A DNA stretch of 63,986 nt, filler included, from Welwitschia mirabilis (GCA_051453625.1; 5 parts of one record of this genome joined end to end with filler, not necessarily neighbours in it), one strand, 5' to 3'; positions 14,901-29,639 are shown, counted from the first letter of the whole stretch. A program made the numbers and translations. Notes: generated by a model not told the origin, from the letters alone.

Positions 14901-17534
14901 TATTATTTCTCTTAATAATATTTTTAATGAATCTAATCATTTAGAGAGTGAAAGTAATCTTTAACAAGAAAAGGAAGATATAGTTACAACTAATGAAGAT
15001 GAAAGTACAATCAACATGGATACTAGTGAAGAAATTAAAAGTAATGAAGGACCCTTAGAGATTCATTCCAGCTTCATAGAAAATAGACTTATTCATTCCA
15101 CTCATGCTTCTACATTTTCCTCATCTATGCCTTCACGTTCAATTACAAATCACATCCTTCTATCCAATCCCCCTTCACTTCTATTTCCACCTTTACATTA
15201 CCTCCTAACCTTGATAATAATTATCTTTCTCCATTCCTTTCAATTACACCTTCATATAATTCTCAAGGCCATGTTCCTTTTCTTGACTCTCATAACATCC
15301 ATCACTTTGAAGATTCTATTTCTTGTATTTCTTAATATTTTTCTTCTAAACCTTCATTTAATCCTTAAAGTAACATTCATTCTTTTTCAAAGTCTATTAT
15401 ATCTTATGTTTTTAATGATTATTCTTTTCAAAAGTTTAACTTAGAATATCTTGGAATATTGCATTAGGGAAATCCTTATCTTCTTGATAGTAATCCATGC
15501 TTAGAGTTAAATCTTAAAGATCTTTTCAATCTTATTAAACATTTTCAAAAGATCTTCAAGATTTCTTGCATCCATTCTATGAGTAGTACCTTGAATGAAT
15601 TATCTAATGATACTCATACTTTATACTATCTTTATAAGAGATTACTTATCAATCAAATTTATCACTTCTTTCTCTCTTATTTAGACTCTGAAATTTGTGC
15701 TCTCAAAGTTTTATCATTTTACTTTCTTTATTTCCAATTAATTTTACTCTGAAATGATTAGATATTCTTTATGTTTCATCAATTAGTTTCTGTTTGGTTT
15801 GACCATTATTTTTCTGAAACATATAATACTTAAGTAAACTTTTGATATAACTAGTTGAACTTCTCAATGATTTGGTTCTTATCTTTCCAAAAAAGTACAA
15901 TTTAAATGACTGTGTTGAAACTTTCAATTTGAACACTTAGGAAATTCAAAAGTTAATGGATAAAAGGTTAAGCATCATTGACATATCTATTGATTAACCT
16001 TGAGCATGATAGAAGTACTTATGTTGGAATTTTTTTTTACTATCATTATCTAAATTCTTCTTTAGTCGATTTCTTTAGTAAATGTCATGCTATCACTTAA
16101 ATATTTTTAACTTGATTAATATTTTACTTTATGAAGTTACCATGATTACTAAATATTTTACTTGGGAATTTTTAATGATAAGATTAGCTTCAACTAATCT
16201 TCCAACATTTATATGTCTATGAACTTTATTTTTAAGGAAGATGTCTTGATTCTTTTGTTTTCTTTCAATGGTGTGAGTTGTTTTAGCATGTTCTTCCTTA
16301 TTATTTATCTCCTCACTTCACTTTTATCCTTATGAGTATTTGGTCCTGTGAAATTTATGTATCAAAAGAAAAAGAAAAACAAATAAAAACAAAGACAAAA
16401 AATATATATATATATAAAATAAAGGTCATGTTCTTTCATGTTCTATCTTATAAAATGGCCCTCATGATGTCCTACTGTAAGTGCATCAGGGCAAATATTC
16501 TTAACAGAAGCCTTTGGTAGTGTGATATTGTAGCTGTGGGAACTCCACTGGGGGGTCAGTTGGCCATGCTATGCAGGTTCTTACTCCTCTGATAGTGGTT
16601 GTACTCCCCTCATCATGGTAAGAATAAAATTGCAATTAGAGGCTACGAGATCAGTGGTGTCCCTGATATCATCAGAGGCATTGCTTGTTTTCTAGACTTA
16701 TTGTTATTTATTTATAGTACTTCCACATGCTCACTTTACTTTTCTCGATTCTAGTGTTGTTTTGAGATGATAGCTTATAAGTTCCTATTTTAACAGCTTT
16801 TTATCTTATCATTCATTATTTAATAACATCAGACATACTTGACATAGTCATAATCATTGCCCATTCGAGTGGAACTTTATGATTTTTTTCATTACGTCAT
16901 GCATTCTTATCAGGTGATTTTATGATTTCTTCTAAAGGACTTTGCTAAAGATTAATTTTGGATAGGTAAGCAAATCTTCTTCATGTTCCTAGTTGTCTAT
17001 TTCTCATTATGTTTTTCCTTAATTGTTTTGTTTGGAATTTTTCAAAGTCATTACAATATCTTTTTCTACATCATAATTAGAACTTGGTCATTTGATAGCT
17101 CTCTAGTTGTCTTTTTATTTTCACTCATAGGTTTTCTTTATAAGGGCTATTTTTCTTTTCTGCACTATNNNNNNNNNNNNNNNNNNNNNNNNNNNNNNNN
17201 NNNNNNNNNNNNNNNNNNNNNNNNNNNNNNNNNNNNNNNNNNNNNNNNNNNNNNNNNNNNNNNNNNNNTAATTATAACTTGATTATTTGGTAGCTCTCTA
17301 GTTGTATTTTTATTTTCACTCTATGGTTTTTATTTTTAAGGGTTATTTTTTCTTTTCTGCACTATTAATTAATGCATTTCTTCCCCTTTCTTGGTATGAT
17401 CTTTTTGTTTTATGCTAATGTTTTTGCTATGTGGTTTTATAGTTTTGCATTCATCCACTTACAGCTTTTTAAGCAATCATGGATTCTAGACCACATTGAA
17501 GAACTACTTATGAGCATTTCTATATTTAATGCAT
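11982..17534 (+). mobile_element. Athila-like Ty3/gypsy element, apparently non-autonomous; 5' LTR 11982-13340, 3' end lost at a scaffold join
   Basis: LTR termini TGTTTCGAT...ATCGCAACA. Decayed Athila-type PBS TGGTGCCATTTTCGAAG at about 13344. No pol recognised in the internal region. Its 16200-17500 segment matches 61660-62710 in reverse orientation. Confidence 0.75.
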
Positions 17535-17634
17535 NNNNNNNNNNNNNNNNNNNNNNNNNNNNNNNNNNNNNNNNNNNNTTAATTAATTAANNNNNNNNNN
17601 NNNNNNNNNNNNNNNNNNNNNNNNNNNNNNNNNN
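17535..17634. other. Artificial scaffold spacer (also at 31147-31246, 58743-58842, 62711-62810)
   Basis: Identical 44 N + TTAATTAATTAA + 44 N; the 12-mer has stop codons in all six frames. Confidence 0.95.
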
Positions 17635-19031
17635 TGTTTTATAAATACTAAATCAAAGATCCTTCACATCCATATGCCCACTTCAGCATTTACTCTAGAA
17701 TTTTCACCTATCATACAAAAGTATGAGATGATAACTATGAAAATCCTACAGCTCCCAAAATAGTCCAGGAAAGAATAATTAATTTAACAAGGAATTTTAA
17801 GCATTGAGATAAGAAAGACAAATAAAGACTTTAAGAGAAACAAGATATAATACAGACACCAACCTTATGGTTATGAATGAGAATATTATATATATTAAAA
17901 TATCTTAATCACTTCATTACCTTAGTCAATGATCTGTGAAGTCCACTACCTCATTCGGTGATTTGTAGTTCTTATATAATATTTAACTTTACTTCATCAT
18001 TTGGTGATCTGTGAAGCCCACTGCCTTATTTAGCGATCTACAATTCTTATATATATATAATCTCAAATATCATTAACTTTACTACTTCATTTGGTGACCT
18101 ATGAAGCCCACTACATCATTTGGTGATCTACAATAAATTTAATATCTTCACTACCTCATTTGACGATCTATGGAATTTTCACTTCACTACCTCATTTGGC
18201 GATCTATAAAGCCCACTACCTCATTTGGTGATCTATGAAAATTCATAACCATAAGTTTAAACATAACAATGTCAAGAACCTAAGATAATTTTGACCAAAA
18301 GATACAATCTCAAACCATAGATTTCAATGGCATGATGACAAGGTAAATATGATAAGAATTAATCATGAACAATGATCTCATATTAAGAATGCATAATAAC
18401 AAGNNNNNNNNNNNNNNNNNNNNNNNACAGAAATATAAACACAATGATTTCAATAATGGAATGCATAAGGAAGGACCAATAAGGAAGCATAAAAGTATAG
18501 AACCATATTTATATATGTTGACTATTCTAAGATCTTCTAAGTTTCCAAAGCTTTTAGATCTCTTTTGAAAAATAAACTAGACTTAAAGAAGGAAGAACTC
18601 TATTTAAAGTGAGAAAATATGGTTAAAGATGATAAAACTCAAGAATATGAAGGGATACATCATGAGCCAATAGTAAGAGGGGATTACATAACATCTTATA
18701 AAGGCTTGCCTAGCTACCAAGTGCTTTTAATAATATAAAAATAATGCTTCACATTTAATCATAATAATGAGGGAAAATAAATAACAAGCCTTTATAATTT
18801 ACATTTAAATGCAGAGATTTCAGGAAAGTATAACAAAATGAAAATAAATGAAATCATCACCACTATAAGAACATTCTTAAAAAGGAACTTAAGTCATAAT
18901 TTAATATAACAGCATCTCAAAAACATAATATTTAAATTAGTTGGAGATTTTAAAATACCTAAATCTTTCTAAATATTTTATTAAACTTAATCTTATAACT
19001 TTTTAAAATAACTAAAAATGTGGATGTGATA
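17635..19031 (-). mobile_element. Tekay/Del-like LTR fragment
   Basis: Terminus GGATGTGATA (reverse TATCACATCCACATTTT) resembles the LTR start TGTGATAACCCACATTTT at 30510. Contains a tandem motif array. Confidence 0.45.
17915..18240. repeat. Array of about 9 degenerate CACTACCTCATTTGGTGATCT motifs, often paired
   Basis: Copies at about 17915, 17944, 17990, 18019, 18080, 18109, 18149, 18185 and 18214. Confidence 0.8.
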
Positions 19032-19499
19032 GTGCACCATTTTTATCCCACTTTAATTTGTAAGAATATTTTATTTTTGTCCTAAATATCTTTTATCTAT
19101 AAGTCTATTATTAAGGTTCCTTACTTAGGGATTCTAAAGTATAAGATAACCCTTGAAAGGGTTTCTCTTTGAGATTCTATAATTACCTCTAATCACTTTT
19201 AGGCTATTATTCAATTGTAGTTCCTAAGGGAAAGAGTATGTTACCTTGTAAGAAGTATTTCATTCATATGTAAGATTGGTGGAAAAACCAATATTTTCTA
19301 TAGGTTAAAATATATTAAAAGATGTAAAGGAAAGCTTGCCTTTACATGTGAATGTACCCAGGTTAGAAAACCATGTAAATTGGTAAGGTCTCTATTTATT
19401 ATTTTTTTATGTTAGTTAAATTTTTATTATTAGAAATTCATTCATCCCTTTTCTTTTAGTTCAATGTTCCTCATTTGTGATAAATACCTCAAGGCCATG

Positions 19500-22400
19500 A
19501 CATAAGATGTGAGTATAAAATTACCTTTCTAGAAACACTTGCAAGAAAAGTTCAAGTATGCTAAGATGTAAAAGGATTTAATAAGGAAAAAGCAAAAACT
19601 AATAACACCTACTTGAGTTTTTATGACATAATCTATCTCTTACTTAATTATTCAAAAGTCCCCAAATTTAAAGATTCTTGGGATGCAACTATAAGTGTTT
19701 TATTAGAAGAAAGTTAGAAAATTAAAAAGGATTTGATCGATATTTTGAATCTAGTATAAATGTTATGTTACTTCACATATGGAAAACATTTAGATGAGAA
19801 AATGGGATATAACCAATACCAATTCTATTAAAGCTATCTAATACAACCATTAAAATATCCATAGAAATTATCAAATATTTATTAATTTAAATTAAAAAAA
19901 TCTTATTACCTACTCAATGTGGTCATGATTGAAGTAAAGTAAAAATGATGTTACCATTACTTTTAAAAGAGTCATTTTATGCTATTGCACATTATATCAT
20001 AGATACTCAAATTAGTATGATGGAATGTCATATTGGTAATAATAAATTTATGATAAGAGCATTTAATGTAGTGAGAATGATATAGAGGATGACTTAGAAA
20101 TCAATAAAAACATTAAATTAATGATGTTCATCCAACATCATCCTATGGAAGAAAATATCTCAATCTTACACAATAAATCCTTGAGTGATAATTATTTTAC
20201 ATTTTTTAATATTTTAGGTAGTTTATGTGTTTCAAGATTTTAGATAGTCATAATTCTTTAAATCCTTATGACTATAACAATGATCTTTTATGCAATTATC
20301 AATAATGAGAAGTGCATGATACTTTTAAAATCCTCACTAAGATTAACATCAAATAAGTGCTATTTATTAAATCCTTGTTTCACCTAGATAGATGTACACC
20401 TTCTATGAGTGATAATTATGAAATTTAGCCTAAATAATTACCAAATTATTTAAAGTACATCTCCCTTTATGATAACCCTAAGAAACTATTTGTGATTAGT
20501 TAGCATCTTTCTCCATAATAAGAGGAATCCTTTATTGAACTTCTTCAATTCAAAATACATGATTTTCATTGGATTTAAAAAGATTTGAATTCAATTCCTC
20601 CCTCTATTATTTAACATAAATTTATTTAAAGGATAATGCTAAATCAATTAAGCAACCCTAAAGAATAATAAATCTAGTCCTTAGGATCATTAAACTTATG
20701 GATTCTAGAATTATCTATTGCATTTTGTATAATGATTTGATTAGTACCAATTTATAGTACCAAAGAAAGATGAAAAGTGATGTGTACGTATAAATCTTGA
20801 AAACTCAATGATATAAAAAAGAAAGATCATTATCATTTTCTTTTCTAGATGAAGTCTTTTATCACATACAATATCACTCATATTATTGTTTTCTTGATGG
20901 TTATAATAATTATAACCAAGTCTACATAGCTAGTGAAGATTAAGTCAAAATAATGTTTACCTAATTCTTTGATACTTTTGTATTTAGGAGAATACTCTTT
21001 GTTTTATGTCATGCAATAGGTACCTTTCAAAGATCCCTAATGGACATTGTTTAAGATGTGATTAAAAAATCCATTGAAATTTTTGTGGATGTTTTTTCTA
21101 TCTTTGGGAATTTATTTAAACAAAGTATGAAAATACTAGAATGAGTTTTAAATTATTATATTAATTGTGGGTTCAATTTAAGTTGTAAGAAAATACATTT
21201 CTTAGTAAAATAGGGTACTATGTTAAGCCATCATATGTATAATAAAGGCACAAAAATGATTCTAATAAAAGTTAACATCATATATACTCTTCTCCCGCCT
21301 ACAAATGTTAAATAAGTAAGATCTTTCCTTCAACATGTTATCATAGATTCATCCAAAATATGTTAAAAATTTGTAAAGTACTCTACATCTTCCTTATGAA
21401 ATAAGTTAAATTGGATTAGAATAAGAATTTTCAAATATCTTTTAAGGTATATAAACTAAACTTACATCTAAACTATTATAGAAGGACCTCATTGTGTTAA
21501 GTTGTATTGCCAAATTGATGTTAAACTAACATATTTAGTGTAGTTTAATATGTTGTAAATATTTCAGAAAGTTAAACTCCTTACATGTTAGAAGTAATCT
21601 AACATTTTTTTACTAGTTTCATATGAATCTAAAAAGTGACAGAGCTCTCAAATAATTGATCAGATCCCAAAGGGGTCAATCAAACCTATATCAAAAATTG
21701 TTTGATCAATTTATTAAGGGGTCAATCTGATCCTAGTAGGATCAACTAGATCTATGCTAAAAATAGTTTATTCATATCAAGTTGATAATGGATCGACTAG
21801 ATCAAAATGGGATTGACCAGTTCTAGGCCAAATGTGGTAGACTAAATTCTGCATGGGATCAACTGGACTATGTTACATAAGGAAATTAGGTCGACCAGAA
21901 GAAAATTAGGTCAATTGACTTTAGTAATACCAACCAATGGGGTTTACTAGATGTTTTGAGGGATCGACTAGTTGTAGTGAAAACAGAACTTTTTAGTATA
22001 TTTTCTAGCCATCTCTTCTATTTTAAATTGTTAAAGTATTAGATTCATTTATCAACCCTGGAAACCTAACTTATATATAAGCCAAATGAATTAAAAACCT
22101 TACATCAAACTTTTAACCAAAACAAAATAGACATTTGTGTAATGTGGAAATTTATTAGTTGAAAGACTACACTGTATGATCTTGTACTTATAATCTTATC
22201 TTCAAATAGTGTATTCTCACTTTACTTGCACTTCAGATCTGATGGAGCTAGTGCATTCAGGCATACTATTATCACCAAAATATTTTCTCTATAAAGGTTG
22301 AGGATTATCCTTAAAAACTCTATTTGTAAAGGTTGCAAGTTGACCTAGAAACTTGGAAATAAAGCAACAATGATTTGAATCATCTTAAGATTAAAGCTGA

Positions 22401-25400
22401 TAACTAAGAGTGGAGTAGGAAATTTTCTTGAACCACTAGAAATCATTGTGTCTAGTACTCTTTCTTGGTATTTTTTATTTTAGTTACTTTCTTACTACTT
22501 CATTCATCTAATTTTATTTCTTTTAATAGTAGTTAGTTCTTATTTCAAATGCATTAATTTTTGGTATAACTTTTAAAGGATATTTTTTAAACCTATTCAC
22601 ATTGTTCCTATAGGGTTTGTAGATCCTTTATTTGATATAGGTCCAATCGACCCCTTTGGAATCTAATTGATTCCTTAAGAGCTCTATCACTTTTCAAGTT
22701 CATATGAAACTAGTGAAAAACATTGGATTACTTTTAACTCATAAGGACTTTAAATTCCTAAAATATTTGCAACATATTATGCTACACTAGATATGTTAGT
22801 CTAACATCAATTTGATAATATAACTTGACAATATTTCCCTTTGACATTGATGGCAAATTATATTTGATTATATAAAAACTTGTTAAGCTTATGTAGTAAA
22901 CTCCCTCTCGTGCTATGCCCACAAGGAACTTAGAGTATTTAAACAATATAACATTTTTAATTTTTCATATATATTCATAAGTTTTGTAAAAAATTATCAT
23001 CATTTTAGATTCTAGTTACATCACAAGCTTGAAACTTTAACACCCATGTCTTTCATTAGTTGTCCCACTCTATCCACATGCATATTTTCTTAAGAACTGA
23101 AAAACCCTCAAAATATCCTTCTCCTAAGTAGACCTCTTTTAAAGAAACTCTATTATACCTAAAATGGCTTGAGTCACATACCCATCACATGAAGGAGGAT
23201 TTTATTATAACTAGTTATAAAATTGAAGATACTTCTATGGACGCTGGTAGCTCTTAGCACTAGGTAATAGAAGAAGAAGAACAAGAAGATCGAGATTCTA
23301 AAGAAGAAGCTAAGAAAAAGAAGACGTTTGAATAGTCCTTCAAGTATTGTTGTTTTTTCTCCTTTATCATTGATGTACAAAGGGAAATAAAATAGTCTCT
23401 TTTAAAAAGTAGTCTTTGTAATGTATTATTTTTTCCCCAGTATGGTTACTGTATAAAAATCAAAACTCAATTGTAGTTTATCTATTGAAAGCTGTTATCA
23501 GTTGTACTACTTATTTTTGTTAAAATAATGAATATTATACTTCTTGTAAAAATTATGAATATATGTGAAAAATGAAAAATTTTATATTATTTAAATACTT
23601 CAAGTTCCTTGTGGGCATATCATAAGGGGAAGTTTTCTACATAATATTAACAAGGTTTTATATAATCAAATATATTTTTCCATCAATGTCAAAGAGGAAG
23701 ATTGTTAATTTCTATTACTAAATTGATGTCAAAGTAACATATCTAGTGTATCATAATATTTTTTAAATATTTTAATAAGTTAAAGTCCTTATAGACCAGA
23801 AGCAGTCTAATGTTTTGTACTAGTTTTGCGTAAACCTAAAAAGTAATAGAGCTCTTAAGGGGTTAATCAAATCATATATGGGATTGATTAGAGCTATGAT
23901 AAATATATTTGTTTCATATTGAATTGATAAGAGTTAACCAAATCAAAATGGGATTGGTCGGACCTAGACCAAATGTGGTCGACTAGATTTTAGATGGGAT
24001 GGACCAAACTATATGACATAAGAAAAGTAGGCCAACTAGAATAAAATGGAGTCAACTAGAAGAAAATGTGGTTGAGTAGATGGTTTAAGGGATCCATTAG
24101 TTATAGCAAAAATGGAACATTTTAGTGTATTTTCTAACCATTATCTCTTCTATTTCAAACTGTTAGAGTATCAAATTTATTTGTTAACCCTAAAAACTTG
24201 ACTTCTATATAAGCTAAATGAATCAAAAACCTTGCATAAAATTTTTTATTAAAAAGAAAAAGGATATTGGTATACTACAAATACTTATTAGTTAAAAGAC
24301 TACACTATATGAGCTTTTACTTGTAATCTAATTTGCAAATAGTGTATTCTAACTTTGCTTGTGCTTCAGATCTGACGAAACTAGTGCATTTATACCTACT
24401 ATTCTAACCAAAAGCTTTACTCTCTAAAGGTTGAAACTTAGCCTTAAAAAGTCTATTTGTAAAGGTTTTAGGTTGACTTAGAAACCTGAAAAGAAAGCAA
24501 CAAGGATCTAGATCAGCTTAGGGTTGAAGCTGACAGTTGAGAGTGGAGTAAGAGATTTTTGTAAACCACTATAAATCATTGTGTTTAGTGCTCTTCCTTG
24601 ATATTTTTTATTTTAGTTATTTTCTTACTACTTCATTCATCTAATTTAATTTATTTTGATATTAGTTAGTTCTTATTTCAAATTCATTAATATTTTGGTG
24701 TAATTTTTAAGAGGTAAATTTTAAATCTCTTCATTCCTTCCTTTCCTCTTCTCCCTCCAACCTAAATTAAAAAGGTTTATAGATCCTTTATATTAGACTA
24801 AATATCTTAAATTGATGTGTGATACAAGTAACATAACCATAGGTTATGTGTTAGGATAAAAGTACAAGAAGGGATACAAAGTTATAAGTTACACTAGTAA
24901 ACTTCTCTTTATTATCCAACTAAATTATACAACCACTAAAAAAAATGTTAATAGTTATATTCTTCTTAAATAAACTTAGACACTACATTCTTAGATTTTA
25001 TATTAATGTTTGTACTAATCATGTTAGTATCTACTATGTTATGACTAAGAAAACCTCTATTTCTATACCAATTAGATGAGTTTTATGCATGAAATAATTT
25101 AATCTCACCATCATAGATAGAGTAAAAAACATAATTGTATTATAGATCATTTATCTCTTATTCCTTAATAATATAGAATCCTCCATTTCTATCCAAAATT
25201 TCCTATTAATGGTACCTTTCTTGATGAGTAACTCTTTGACAAAAACATCTCTACTTTGTCTCTTTCTCTTATATAACTCCATCATATGTAAACATTGTAA
25301 ATTACTTATTTACCATGAAAACTCCTTGACGTTAGACATGTAATCAAAATAAATCTTTTCTCCATAAAACAATGAGATTATAAGTGGCATGAACCATAGT

Positions 25401-26520
25401 TATATTATCATTATAATAATCAAATCATGCAGAAGTATATTTCTACATGGCAATAATATGATGTCTTAATCCTTTTGCATGGTAGGATTTGTGGTGGTTC
25501 CTTAGTGGCCAAAATACAATCATAAAAATTTTACATATATGATTTTATTATCCAACTCTTTATAAGGCTTCTTTTTACTTTTCTAGATGATGTGATGTTT
25601 GCCAATGCTTTGAAATCCTATCTAGACCCTGATACATATCCTTATAATCTATTTGAAATTTGAACCTTTTAATTGTTAGGGTATTAATCTTATAGACCAT
25701 TTAAAACCATATTATTCTAGTAAAATTATATTCTTGTAGCTAATAATTATGTAACTAAATAGGTTTAGGCCATTTCTACTATTTTTAATGATGTAAAAAC
25801 TATAAGTCATTTCTTCCATTCTAATATCTTTCATAGGTTTATCTTTTCAAGGATTTTGATAAGGATACTCATTTGTTAAATAAAATCCTTATGACACTTA
25901 TTATTTTAATAGGAATTGAGCATAGGATTATCAATGCCTATCATCCTAAAATCAATGGTTAATATGAAAAATATAATGAAGAAACTAAAAATATGCTTTA
26001 CAAACATTTGTTTAAGAATGAAAGTTATGATTACTCAAACTTGATGATGTCCTTTGGACTCATCATACATCTTGGCATAATACACTTGATTTTTCTCCAT
26101 ATAAATGTATATATAGTAAAACTTTAATTCTTCTAATTGATGTGTGATATGACTATTGTAACACTATTAACTAACTTAAATATCCTTTATCTTGATGAGA
26201 TTCTTTAATATATGCTAGCACAATTGCAGTACACTGATGAAAAAGAATGTACCCATGTTATTCATAAACAAGTAATTCATAAATCTAAAGCCAAAGCTAC
26301 CTATAATAAGAAACATTTGCATAAATTCTTTAAAATAGAGTATTTATTATTGTTATATAAGACCCACGTGCATTTTGTTCATAATAAGTTAAATCCTACA
26401 TGGTTAGATCCTTATCTTATAGATAAAGTACATTTTAATATTTTTATTAAGATTTCTAAATTAAACTTTAATGATAGACAAAAGGTTAGAGGATCATAAT
26501 TAAAGCTTTTTCAATCAGTA
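19500..26520 (+). pseudogene. Decayed Athila-like gag-pol (protease, RT, RNase H, integrase), interrupted by the 21495-24790 insertion
   Basis: RT: YYCFLDGYNNYNQVYIASED, GTFQRSLMDI, IEIFVDVFSIFG. RNase H: LMCDTSNITIGYVLG, NYTTTKK. Integrase: CDVCQC, IEHRIINAYHPKING, KLNPTWLDPY. Many stops. Confidence 0.85.
21495..24790 (+). mobile_element. SIRE-like (Ty1/copia) non-autonomous LTR element; LTRs 21495-22630 and 23703-24790
   Basis: Two related LTRs of about 1.1 kb (TGTTAA...GATCCTTTA) carrying repeated GTCGAC-type motifs. PPT AAAGAGGAAGAT precedes the 3' LTR, with extra upstream purine tracts. TSD CATTG/TATTA; removing the insert restores the Athila frame PHWTKYLKLMCDTS. Confidence 0.8.
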
Positions 26521-26597
26521 ATAATTATCATTACATTATGAAAATGATAAAATAGTTAACTTGAAAGATCTTCTCAATGAAAAGTAGAGTCTTTCCT

Positions 26598-27845
26598 TAT
26601 TATGGTATGCATTTATGCAATTTTTATGTCCTTAGGCAAAACTTGTAAATCATAATACTTGTAGAAAACACACACTAGTATATACAGGAGTTAATCCAAA
26701 TGTCATAATTCATTGAAGGCACTAGACTAGGAGTTAGAGAATCAATTTCACAAAATATTTTAGTCTTTTCTATTTTAGTAAACAAAAGTAAATAGCAATG
26801 CAAATACAATGCAAGATGAATGATGGTAAAATGCAATGAATTAAATGCAAGTGAGATAATTTCTATTTTATTATAATCCTCTTATCATAAGAATTAGTTA
26901 TTTATAATCCAAATCAATTAGAAAATGTTTATGACTTGTTTCTAACCAATATAAACTATAGGATATTCCAAACAAGATATGAATAATGCAAACATGAAAT
27001 AGAATAAAGGAAATGCAATATAAGATTTAAACTAACAAAGTCAACCTTAATAAAGGTTATCCCTATGATCTAAATAAACTATAGAGATATCACCAAACTA
27101 TAATCAACTTAAACCATAAGGTACATTTACACAATAGTAGTAAAAAGAGGAATTGAATTAATCATCAACTTTTACATCTACTTACAATAAAGTAGTAGCA
27201 CCTTAATGGAGGATACTCAGCCTAACACTAAGGTAAACTTCTCTCTATAGCTACTGAATGGATCTCTTATCCTTCAATCTTCTATCACAATAATATCTAG
27301 TATAAAAGATGGAAATGAAAGTGAAGGAAAGGGATGATATTTATAGTTTTATATTAAAGTTCTAGAAGCTCAACCCTAAGAGTCGAAGAAGAAACCCTAG
27401 CAACTTACATGACTGCATTACAAAGATAATTCTTTCCATTTATATAAAATAGTTATCATCTTGACTATCATGAAGATGACAATGGGGACTTTACTCTAGA
27501 TCAAAAGGTCTTCCATTAGCTTTAAGCCCTGTAGTCAACTCTATAGATTCTATCTATATTAGCAGTGTTGTCATCCTGCTTATCATGGAGATGAAAGAGG
27601 AAATGATAAGCCTCTCCATCTTTTAGCTCAAAGGGAAATTAGTCTTCTGCATTATTAATTCTTCCTTAAAAGTATGAATTATTAAAATAAATTTAAGATG
27701 CCTCCAAATGTCCTAAGAATAACATGTTTTAGTGAACATCCTATCAATTCTCCATATTTATTAGAATTGCATCCAAACCTATATGCATGTCCTATAAAAG
27801 TATTCAAAATATTCCATTAAATTCCTACAAATTAGCATCATAGCA
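26598..27845 (-). mobile_element. Athila-like solo LTR (same family as 11982-13340)
   Basis: Reverse complement aligns with both ends of the 11982-13340 LTR. Flanked by TSD TTCCT/TTCTT, with no PBS or PPT adjacent. Confidence 0.8.
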
Positions 27846-29620
27846 TTCTTTTATCATCATATTAATGATTTCTTAATTGAGTCCCTTGGTTGAGTTATCT
27901 TACTTCTTGATTATCTCTTCACTAGATTATTTAACATTTTCTTTAAGTAATTTTACTTTAAATACTCTAAGTTACAATATTATATTTTAGTCAATATTAA
28001 GAAAATATTATGTTTATGAACTTTTTAGTAAAAGGAAAATTTTTATATTATCTTGTTGTAGTGTCAACTATGTCAAATTGGATGCTTCTCTTTAGCTATA
28101 TGCTTTATTAGCTTACCATTTCAATGATTAATTAATGTTTAAAAAACAAAAACATGCTTAGGGTGAGATGATGGAGAAAAAGAAAAATTTATGCATCCTC
28201 TATTTCCATGGTGTCCTACTACAAATGGACTAAGAAAAAGTTTTCTACTAGGGGCCTTAACTAGTGTGATATCATAACTATGAGAACTCCACCAAAGGAT
28301 CAATTAATTATGATATAGCTTATATGTATGGATTCTTACTCTCTTGGTAGTGGTTACACTTCCCTCCCCTCATTATAATGAATGATGTTTTTTAATACCC
28401 TATTAGCTTAAGTTTTTATAACTTAAGATTCATGCCTTTGTGAGTAATTACAATACATTATCTATTAGATGGTAAAGTGATGAGTTTTTATTTATTTTCA
28501 CAACTAATGATCAGATTGAATTTTGGTTATCACACTACATTGATGCTTTGCATAGTAATTATTATAATCACTACACTTTATTTCATGATACTCTAATGTC
28601 ATTTAGCATTCAATCATGCATTTATAGCATCAAGAAATTTTATGATATATACTAATGAGTTTTACTACATTAGAGTTTAGGACATAGTAGTTAATGTTAT
28701 ACATGCTTATTTATGTTCATGTATAGTGAAATATATTTTAATTATATTACAGATGTTTATTTAATGGTATATGATTTTGAAATCTCTTCTTTAGCAGCCT
28801 ATGTAAGAGTTCCCATCAACATAAAACTTAGACATATAGTTTAGGATTTTACTACATCATAAATAGACATTGTATGTCTAATAATGATATTTTGATTATA
28901 CTATATATGATTCGACTACTTACTTATGATTTTTATGAGATATATAAACATGACATTTTGATTTTTTATTAATTTCATGATTTTTGCTTAATTTAGCATT
29001 CTATTCTTCTATTATTACATCCATAACAAACATGTAGTGAAGTAGCTAATGTGCAAAAAATCATCATCATTTAATGTTTCCCCCCTTTTATAGGCTATTT
29101 TAAGAATATCTATAATTCTTTCATGTATAAACATGATTGCATTATACTTCAAAGGGGTCAAAAATTGGAAGCCCTTTTAAAAATAACATATGAAAGCATA
29201 ATTCACTTTATCTTATAGATAATCATACTAAGATAAATGATTCTCTAATTATATACTAACTACTAGATAGATTCTTTACTTGGTTTGATTTAAGAACCTC
29301 CATAATACACAACTAAAATTTATTTTAGTGCTTAATGTTATGTACTTTCTTTGATAAGAACTAATAAATACTAAGTGGGGAGCTATGTTAGAAGGATAAA
29401 TTAATCATATTTCACATTATTTGTAGAATTTTTTTATCTTATTTGATATATTTCTAATGAAGTTATAGCTTCCAACATATCTATTAAACAACAAAATAGA
29501 AATTCAGATATTAACTTATATTAAAAAATAAGGTAATCAATGGGACTGAAAATCAACTAGTCTTTAATAGTCTCTAGATTATAAGAGACAAACTCAGACA
29601 AATGTGGCATTATGAGGCTA
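27846..29620 (+). mobile_element. 3' internal region, PPT and truncated 3' LTR (from 29386) of the old Athila-like element
   Basis: Carries the conserved GC-rich block (28205-28375), then AAGTGGGGAGCTA followed by TGTT at 29386. Confidence 0.55.
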
Positions 29621-29639
29621 GATGTATGCATCTTTATGC

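Noticed and set aside
17579-17590. Recurrent TTAATTAATTAA motif (4 sites)
   Set aside because: Always centred between two 44-N runs; an artificial six-frame-stop scaffold linker.
17915-18240. CRISPR-like repeat-spacer appearance
   Set aside because: Degenerate units, irregular and mutually related spacers, no cas genes, and a eukaryotic LTR context.
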